This document shows, one piece after another, positions 54,301 through 64,000 of a DNA stretch of 64,000 nucleotides (position 1 is the stretch's first letter; each line of letters starts with the position of its first letter). This DNA comes from Eledone cirrhosa (Eukaryota): assembly GCA_964016885.1 (NCBI GenBank), contig OZ024758.1, forward strand, positions 33,480,001-33,544,000, read 5' to 3'. The notes below the pieces were generated by a model. It saw only the letters and a program-made list of their open reading frames with translations. It ran no database searches and was not told the DNA's origin. Made by a program: the position numbers and the translations under genes.

Positions 54301-57300
54301 GTTCATGGTATTAGCTGTCAGAAGTCACTCCAATGTTGGTGAGAATTCATTTAAGTTCATGGTATTAGCTCTCAGAAGTCACTCCACTGTTGGTGAGAAT
54401 TCATTTAAGTTCATGGTACTAGCTGTCTGAAGTAACCCCAATGTTGGTGAGAATTCATTTAAGTTCATGGTATTAGCTGTCAGAACTCACTCCAATGTTG
54501 GTGAGAATTCATTTAAGTTCATGGTATTAGCTGTCAGAAGTAACTCCAATGTTGGTGAGAATTCATTTAAGTTCATGGTATTAGTTGTCAGAAGGAACTC
54601 CACTGTTGGTGAGAATTCATTTAAGTTCATGGTACTAGCTGTCAGAAGTAACTCCACTGTTGGTGAGAATTCATTTAAGTTCATGGTATTAGTTTGTCAG
54701 AAGTAACTCCACTGTTGGTGAGAATTCATTTAAGTCATGGTATTAGTTGTCAGAAGTAACTCCAATGTTGGTGAGAATTCATTTAAGTCATGGTACTAGC
54801 TGTCAGAAGTAACTCCAATGTTGGTGAGAATTCATTTAAGTTCATGGTATTAGCTGTCAGAAGGAACTCCACTGTTGGTGAGAATTCATTTAAGTTCATG
54901 GTATTAGCTGTCAGAAGTAACTCCACTGTTGGTGAGAATTCATTTAAGTTCATGGTACTAGCTGTCAGAAGTAACTCCAATGTTGGTGAGAATTCATTTA
55001 AGTTCATGGTATTAGCTGTCAGAAGTAACTCCACTGTTGGTGAGAATTCATTTAAGTCATGGTATTAGCTGTCAGAAATAACTCCAATGTTGGTGAGAAT
55101 TCATTTAAGTTCATGGTATTAGCTGTCAGAAGTAACTCCACTGTTGGTGAGAATTCATTTAAGTCATGGTATTAGCTGTCAGAAGTAACTCCATTGTTGG
55201 TGAGATTTCATTTAAGTCATGGTACTAGCTGTCAGAAGTAACTCCACTGTTGGTGAGAATTCATTTAAGTTCATGGTACTAGCTGTCAGAAGTAACTCCA
55301 CTGTTGGTGAGAATTCATTTAAGTTCATGGTATTAGCTGTCAGAAGTAACTCCACTGTTGGTGAGAATTCATTTAAGTTCATGGTACTAGCTGTCAGAAG
55401 TAACTCCACTGTTGGTGAGAATTCATTTAAGTTCATGGTACTAGCTGTCAGAAGTAACTCCAATGTTGGTGAGAATTCATTTAAGTTCATGGTATTAGCT
55501 GTCAGAAGTAACTCCACTGTTGGTGAGAATTCATTTAAGTTCATGGTACTAGCTGTCAGAAGTAACTCCACTGTTGGTGAGAATTCATTTAAGTTCATGG
55601 TATTAGCTGTCAGAAGTCACTCCAATGTTGGTGAGAATTCATTTAAGTTCATGGTATTAGCTGTCAGAAGTCACTCCACTGTTGGTGAGAATTCATTTAA
55701 GTTCATGGTACTAGCTGTCAGAAGTAACCCCAATGTTGGTGAGAATTCATTTAAGTTCATGGTATTAGCTGTCAGAAGTCACTCCACTGTTGGTGAGAAT
55801 TCATTTAAGTTCATGGTACTAGCTGTCAGAAGTAACCCCAATGTTGGTGAGAATTCATTTAAGTTCATGGTATTAGCTGTCAGAAGTCACTCCAATGTTG
55901 GTGAGAATTCATTTAAGTTCATGGTATTAGCTGTCAGAAGTAACCCCAATGTTGGTGAGAATTCATTTAAGTTCATGGTATTAGCTGTCAGAAGTCACTC
56001 CACTGTTGGTGAGAATTCATTTAAGTTCATGGTACTAGCTGTCAGAAGTAACCCCAATGTTGGTGAGAATTCATTTAAGTTCATGGTATTAGCTGTCAGA
56101 AGTCACTCCAATGTTGGTGAGAATTCATTTAAGTTCATGGTATTAGCTGTCAGAAGTAACTCCACTGTTGGTGAGAATTCATTTAAGTTCATTGTATTAG
56201 CTGTCAGAAGTAACTCCACTGTTGGTGAGAATTCATTTAAGTTCATGGTATTAGCTGTCAGAAGGAACTCCACTGTTGGTGAGAATTCATTTAAGTTCAT
56301 GGTACTAGCTGTCAGAAGTAACTCCACTGTTGGTGAGAATTCATTTAAGTTCATGGTATTAGTTTGTCAGAAGTAACTCCACTGTTGGTGAGAATTCATT
56401 TAAGTCATGGTATTAGTTGTCAGAAGTAACTCCAATGTTGGTGAGAATTCATTTAAGTCATGGTACTAGCTGTCAGAAGTAACTCCAATGTTGGTGAGAA
56501 TTCATTTAAGTTCATGGTATTAGCTGTCAGAAGGAACTCCACTGTTGGTGAGAATTCATTTAAGTTCATGGTACTAGCTGTCAGAAGTAACTCCAATGTT
56601 GGTGAGAATTCATTTAAGTTCATGGTATTAGCTGTCAGAAGTAACTCCACTGTTGGTGAGAATTCATTTAAGTCATGGTATTAGTTGTCAGAAGTAACTC
56701 CACTGTTGGTGAGAATTCATTTAAGTTCATGGTACTAGCTGTCAGAAGTAACTCCACTGTTGGTGAGAATTCATTTAAGTCATGGTACTAGCTGTCAGAA
56801 GTAACCCCAATGTTGGTGAGAATTCATTTAAGTTCATGGTATTAGCTGTCAGAAGTCACTCCAATGTTGGTGAGAATTCATTTAAGTTCATGGTATTAGC
56901 TGTCAGAAGTAACTCCACTGTTGGTGAGAATTCATTTAAGTTCATGGTATTAGCTGTCAGAAGTAACTCCACTGTTGGTGAGAATTCATTTAAGTTCATG
57001 GTATTAGCTGTCAGAAGTAACTCCACTGTTGGTGTGAATTCATTTAAGTTCATGGTATTAGCTGTCAGAAGGAACTCCAATGTTGGTGAGAAATCATTTA
57101 AGTCATGGTACTAGCTGTCAGAAGTAACTCCACTGTTGGTGAGAATTCATTTAAGTTCATGGTATTAGCTGTCAGAAGTAACTCCACTGTTGGTGAGAAT
57201 TCATTTAAGTTCATGGTACTAGCTGTCAGAAGTAACTCCAATGTTGGTGAGAATTCATTTAAGTTCATGGTATTAGCTGTCAGAAGTAACTCCACTGTTG

Positions 57301-60300
57301 GTGAGAATTCATTTAAGTCATGGTACTAGCTGTCAGAAGTAACTCCACTGTTGGTGAGAATTCATTTAAGTTCATGGTATTAGTTTGTCAGAAGTAACTC
57401 CACTGTTGGTGAGAATTCATTTAAGTCATGGTATTAGTTGTCAGAAGTAACTCCAATGTTGGTGAAAATTCATTTAAGTTCATGGTACTAGCTGTCAGAA
57501 GTAACTCCATTGTTGGTGAGAATTCATTTAAGTTCATGGTACTAGCTGTCAGAAGTAACTCCACTGTTGGTGAGAATTCATTTAAGTTCATGGTATTAGT
57601 TTGTCAGAAGTAACTCCACTGTTGGTGAGAATTCATTTAAGTCATGGTATTAGTTGTCAGAAGTAACTCCAATGTTGGTGAGAATTCATTTAAGTCCTGG
57701 TACTAGCTGTCAGAAGTAACTCCAATGTTGGTGAGAATTCATTTAAGTTCATGGTATTAGCTGTCAGAAGGAACTCCACTGTTGGTGAGAATTCATTTAA
57801 GTTCATGGTATTAGCTGTCAGAAGTAACTCCACTGTTGGTGAGAATTCATTTAAGTTCATGGTACTAGCTGTCAGAAGTAACTCCAATGTTGGTGAGAAT
57901 TCATTTAAGTTCATGGTATTAGCTGTCAGAAGTAACTCCACTGTTGGTGAGAATTCATTTAAGTTCATGGTATTAGCTGTCAGAAGTAACTCCAATGTTG
58001 GTGAGAATTCATTTAAGTTCATGGTATTAGCTGTCAGAAGTAACTCCACTGTTGGTGAGAATTCATTTAAGTTCATGGTATTAGCTGTCAGAAGTAACTC
58101 CACTGTTGGTGAGAATTCATTTAAGTTCATGGTATTAGTTTGTCAGAAGTAACTCCACTGTCGGTGAGAATTCATTTAAGTCATGGTATTAGTTGTCAGA
58201 AGTAACTCCAATGTTGGTGAGAATTCATTTAAGTTCATGGTACTAGCTGTCAGAAGTAACTCCACTGTTGGTGAGAATTCATTTAAGTTCATGGTATTAG
58301 CTGTCAGAAGTAACTCCACTGTTGGTGAGAATTCATTTAAGTCATGGTATTAGCTGTCAGAAGTAACTCCATTGTTGGTGAGAATTCATTTAAGTCATGG
58401 TACTAGCTATCAGAAGTAACTCCACTGTTGGTGAGAATTCATTTAAGTTCATAGTACTAGCTGTCAGAAGTAACTCCACTGTTGGTGGGAATTCATTTAA
58501 GTTCATGGTACTAGCTGTCAGAAGTAACTCCACTGTTTGTGAGAATTCATTTAAGTTCATGGTACTAGCTGTCATAAGTAACTCCACTGTTGGTGAGAAT
58601 TCATTTAAGTTCATGGTATTAGCTGTCAGAAGTCACTCCAATGTTGGTGAGAATTCATTTAAGTTCATGGTATTAGCTCTCAGAAGTCACTCCACTGTTG
58701 GTGAGAATTCATTTAAGTTCATGGTACTAGCTGTCAGAAGTAACCCCAATGTTGGTGAGAATTCATTTAAGTTCATGGTATTAGCTGTCAGAACTCACTC
58801 CAATGTTGGTGAGAATTCATTTAAGTTCATGGTATTAGCTGTCAGAAGTAACTCCAATGTTGGTGAGAATTCATTTAAGTTCATGGTATTAGCTGTCAGA
58901 AGGAACTCCACTGTTGGTGAGAATTCATTTAAGTTCATGGTATTAGCTGTCAGAAGTAACTCCACTGTTGGTGAGAATTCATTTAAGTTCATGGTACTAG
59001 CTGTCAGAAGTAACTCCAATGTTGGTGAGAATTCATTTAAGTTCATGGTATTAGCTGTCAGAAGTAACTCCACTGTTGGTGAGAATTCATTTAAGTCATG
59101 GTATTAGTTGTCAGAAGTAACTCCACTGTTGGTGAGAATTCATTTAAGTTCATGGTACTAGCTGTCAGAAGTAACTCCACTGTTGGTGAGAATTCATTTA
59201 AGTTCATGGTATTAGTTTGTCAGAAGTAACTCCACTGTTGGTGAGAATTCATTTAAGTCATGGTATTAGTTGTCAGAAGTAACTCCAATGTTGGTGAGAA
59301 TTCATTTAAGTTCATGGTATTAGCTGTCAGAAGGAACTCCACTGTTGGTGAAAAATTCAATTAAGTTCATGGTATTAGCTGTCAGAAGGAACTCCAATAT
59401 TGGTGAGAATTCATTTAAGTCATGGTACTAGCTGTCAGAAGTAACTCCACTGTTGGTGAGAATTCATTTAAGTTCATGGTATTAGCTGTCAGAAGGAACG
59501 CCACTGTTGGTGAGAATTCATTTAAGTTCATGGTATTAGCTGTCAGAAGTAACTCCACTGTTGGTAAGAATTCATTTAAGTTCATGGTACTAGCTGTCAG
59601 AAGTAACTCCAATGTTGGTGAGAATTCATTTAAGTTCATGGTATTAGCTGTCAGAAGGAACTCCACTGTTGGTGAGAATTCATTTAAGTTCATGGTATTA
59701 GCTGTCAGAAGTAACACCACTGTTGGTGCAAATTCATTTAAGTCATGGTATTAGCTGTCAGAAGTAACTCCATTGTTGGTGAGAATTCATTTAAGTCATG
59801 GTACTAGCTGTCAGAAGTAACTCCACTGTTGGTGAGAATTCATTTAAGTTCATGGTATTAGTTTGTCAGAAGTAACTCCACTGTTGGTGAGAATTCATTT
59901 AAGTCATGGTATTAGTTGTCAGAAGTAACTCCAATGTTGGTGAGAATTCATTTAAGTTCATGGTACTAGCTGTCAGAAGTAACTCCATTGTTGGTGAGAA
60001 TTCATTTAAGTTCATGGTACTAGCTGTCAGAAGTAACTCCACTGTTGGTGAGAATTCATTTAAGTTCATGGTATTAGTTTGTCAGAAGTAACTCCACTGT
60101 TGGTGAGAATTCATTTAAGTCATGGTATTAGTTGTCAGAAGTAACTCCAATGTTGGTGAGAATTCATTTAAGTCCTGGTACTAGCTGTCAGAAGTAACTC
60201 CAATGTTGGTGAGAATTCATTTAAGTTCATGGTATTAGCTGTCAGAAGGAACTCCACTGTTGGTGAGAATTCATTTAAGTTCATGGTATTAGCTGTCAGA

Positions 60301-63300
60301 AGTAACTCCACTGTTGGTGAGAATTCATTTAAGTTCATGGTACTAGCTGTCAGAAGTAACTCCAATGTTGGTGAGAATTCATTTAAGTTCATGGTATTAG
60401 CTGTCAGAAGTAACTCCACTGTTGGTGAGAATTCATTTAAGTTCATGGTATTAGCTGTCAGAAGTAACTCCAATGTTGGTGAGAATTCATTTAAGTTCAT
60501 GGTATTAGCTGTCAGAAGTAACTCCACTGTTGGTGAGAATTCATTTAAGTTCATGGTATTAGCTGTCAGAAGTAACTCCACTGTTGGTGAGTATTCATTT
60601 AAGTTCATGGTATTAGTTTGTCAGAAGTAACTCCACTGTTGGTGAGAATTCATTTAAGTCATGGTATTAGTTGTCAGAAGTAACTCCAATGTTGGTGAGA
60701 ATTCATTTAAGTTCATGGTACTAGCTGTCAGAAGTAACTCCACTGTTGGTGAGAATTCATTTAAGTTCATGGTATTAGCTGTCAGAAGTAACTCCACTGT
60801 TGGTGAGAATTCATTTAAGTCATGGTATTAGCTGTCAGAAGTAACTCCATTGTTGGTGAGAATTCATTTAAGTCATGGTACTAGCTATCAGAAGTAACTC
60901 CACTGTTGGTGAGAATTCATTTAAGTTCATAGTACTAGCTGTCAGAAGTAACTCCACTGTTGGTGAGAATTCATTTAAGTTCATGGTACTAGCTGTCAGA
61001 AGTAACTCCACTGTTTGTGAGAATTCATTTAAGTTCATGGTACTAGCTGTCATAAGTAACTCCACTGTTGGTGAGAATTCATTTAAGTTCATGGTATTAG
61101 CTGTCAGAAGTCACTCCAATGTTGGTGAGAATTCATTTAAGTTCATGGTATTAGCTCTCAGAAGTCACTCCACTGTTGGTGAGAATTCATTTAAGTTCAT
61201 GGTACTAGCTGTCTGAAGTAACCCCAATGTTGGTGAGAATTCATTTAAGTTCATGGTATTAGCTGTCAGAACTCACTCCAATGTTGGTGAGAATTCATTT
61301 AAGTTCATGGTATTAGCTGTCAGAAGTAACTCCAATGTTGGTGAGAATTCATTTAAGTTCATGGTATTAGTTGTCAGAAGGAACTCCACTGTTGGTGAGA
61401 ATTCATTTAAGTTCATGGTACTAGCTGTCAGAAGTAACTCCACTGTTGGTGAGAATTCATTTAAGTTCATGGTATTAGTTTGTCAGAAGTAACTCCACTG
61501 TTGGTGAGAATTCATTTAAGTCATGGTATTAGTTGTCAGAAGTAACTCCAATGTTGGTGAGAATTCATTTAAGTCATGGTACTAGCTGTCAGAAGTAACT
61601 CCAATGTTGGTGAGAATTCATTTAAGTTCATGGTATTAGCTGTCAGAAGGAACTCCACTGTTGGTGAGAATTCATTTAAGTTCATGGTATTAGCTGTCAG
61701 AAGTAACTCCACTGTTGGTGAGAATTCATTTAAGTTCATGGTACTAGCTGTCAGAAGTAACTCCAATGTTGGTGAGAATTCATTTAAGTTCATGGTATTA
61801 GCTGTCAGAAGTAACTCCACTGTTGGTGAGAATTCATTTAAGTCATGGTATTAGCTGTCAGAAATAACTCCAATGTTGGTGAGAATTCATTTAAGTTCAT
61901 GGTATTAGCTGTCAGAAGTAACTCCACTGTTGGTGAGAATTCATTTAAGTCATGGTATTAGCTGTCAGAAGTAACTCCATTGTTGGTGAGATTTCATTTA
62001 AGTCATGGTACTAGCTGTCAGAAGTAACTCCACTGTTGGTGAGAATTCATTTAAGTTCATGGTACTAGCTGTCAGAAGTAACTCCACTGTTGGTGAGAAT
62101 TCATTTAAGTTCATGGTATTAGCTGTCAGAAGTAACTCCACTGTTGGTGAGAATTCATTTAAGTTCATGGTACTAGCTGTCAGAAGTAACTCCACTGTTG
62201 GTGAGAATTCATTTAAGTTCATGGTACTAGCTGTCAGAAGTAACTCCAATGTTGGTGAGAATTCATTTAAGTTCATGGTATTAGCTGTCAGAAGTAACTC
62301 CACTGTTGGTGAGAATTCATTTAAGTTCATGGTACTAGCTGTCAGAAGTAACTCCACTGTTGGTGAGAATTCATTTAAGTTCATGGTATTAGCTGTCAGA
62401 AGTCACTCCAATGTTGGTGAGAATTCATTTAAGTTCATGGTATTAGCTGTCAGAAGTCACTCCACTGTTGGTGAGAATTCATTTAAGTTCATGGTACTAG
62501 CTGTCAGAAGTAACCCCAATGTTGGTGAGAATTCATTTAAGTTCATGGTATTAGCTGTCAGAAGTCACTCCACTGTTGGTGAGAATTCATTTAAGTTCAT
62601 GGTACTAGCTGTCAGAAGTAACCCCAATGTTGGTGAGAATTCATTTAAGTTCATGGTATTAGCTGTCAGAAGTCACTCCAATGTTGGTGAGAATTCATTT
62701 AAGTTCATGGTATTAGCTGTCAGAAGTAACCCCAATGTTGGTGAGAATTCATTTAAGTTCATGGTATTAGCTGTCAGAAGTCACTCCACTGTTGGTGAGA
62801 ATTCATTTAAGTTCATGGTACTAGCTGTCAGAAGTAACCCCAATGTTGGTGAGAATTCATTTAAGTTCATGGTATTAGCTGTCAGAAGTCACTCCAATGT
62901 TGGTGAGAATTCATTTAAGTTCATGGTATTAGCTGTCAGAAGTAACTCCACTGTTGGTGAGAATTCATTTAAGTTCATTGTATTAGCTGTCAGAAGTAAC
63001 TCCACTGTTGGTGAGAATTCATTTAAGTTCATGGTATTAGCTGTCAGAAGGAACTCCACTGTTGGTGAGAATTCATTTAAGTTCATGGTACTAGCTGTCA
63101 GAAGTAACTCCACTGTTGGTGAGAATTCATTTAAGTTCATGGTATTAGTTTGTCAGAAGTAACTCCACTGTTGGTGAGAATTCATTTAAGTCATGGTATT
63201 AGTTGTCAGAAGTAACTCCAATGTTGGTGAGAATTCATTTAAGTCATGGTACTAGCTGTCAGAAGTAACTCCAATGTTGGTGAGAATTCATTTAAGTTCA

Positions 63301-64000
63301 TGGTATTAGCTGTCAGAAGGAACTCCACTGTTGGTGAGAATTCATTTAAGTTCATGGTACTAGCTGTCAGAAGTAACTCCAATGTTGGTGAGAATTCATT
63401 TAAGTTCATGGTATTAGCTGTCAGAAGTAACTCCACTGTTGGTGAGAATTCATTTAAGTCATGGTATTAGTTGTCAGAAGTAACTCCACTGTTGGTGAGA
63501 ATTCATTTAAGTTCATGGTACTAGCTGTCAGAAGTAACTCCACTGTTGGTGAGAATTCATTTAAGTCATGGTACTAGCTGTCAGAAGTAACCCCAATGTT
63601 GGTGAGAATTCATTTAAGTTCATGGTATTAGCTGTCAGAAGTCACTCCAATGTTGGTGAGAATTCATTTAAGTTCATGGTATTAGCTGTCAGAAGTAACT
63701 CCACTGTTGGTGAGAATTCATTTAAGTTCATGGTATTAGCTGTCAGAAGTAACTCCACTGTTGGTGAGAATTCATTTAAGTTCATGGTATTAGCTGTCAG
63801 AAGTAACTCCACTGTTGGTGTGAATTCATTTAAGTTCATGGTATTAGCTGTCAGAAGGAACTCCAATGTTGGTGAGAAATCATTTAAGTCATGGTACTAG
63901 CTGTCAGAAGTAACTCCACTGTTGGTGAGAATTCATTTAAGTTCATGGTATTAGCTGTCAGAAGTAACTCCACTGTTGGTGAGAATTCATTTAAGTTCAT
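36384..64000. repeat. 54-bp EcoRI satellite array (>500 monomers, runs off the window), consensus GCTGTCAGAAGTAACTCCACTGTTGGTGAGAATTCATTTAAGTTCATGGTA(T/C)TA
   Basis: Uninterrupted head-to-tail monomers, nearly all with GAATTC. 53-bp (AAGTCAT) and +1 (AGTTTGTC) variants. Higher-order periods of 2478, 2634 and 6786 bp from recurring rare variants. Confidence 0.99.

Overview
Eukaryotic, gene-free, repeat-derived DNA. The SINE, RTE and Tx1 fragments resemble those I recall from Octopus/coleoid genomes; this is inferred from memory, not searched. Three zones: (1) ~13-9775, a ~9.8 kb array of a 52-bp satellite with higher-order duplications. (2) 9776-36386, a transposon-rich island built from a ~6.5 kb tandem unit: two full copies (19388-25877, 25878-32425) plus partial copies (10077-14404, 32426-33609). 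The unit carries a dead CRE-clade (RT + restriction-like endonuclease) retrotransposon, RTE/SINE fragments and microsatellites. (3) 36384-64000, a >27 kb array of a 54-bp EcoRI satellite with 2478, 2634 and 6786 bp higher-order repeats. Comparing unit copies exposes filled and empty insertion sites. One is a canonical 780-bp non-autonomous Helitron. The other, more notable, is a ~5 kb composite segment (TC...CTAG, 14405-19387) sitting precisely in an A|T site with no TSD. The same 5' end recurs at a different A|T site (33610), and the 54-bp array begins inside that second copy. No intact host gene, CRISPR array or functional RNA gene is supported.
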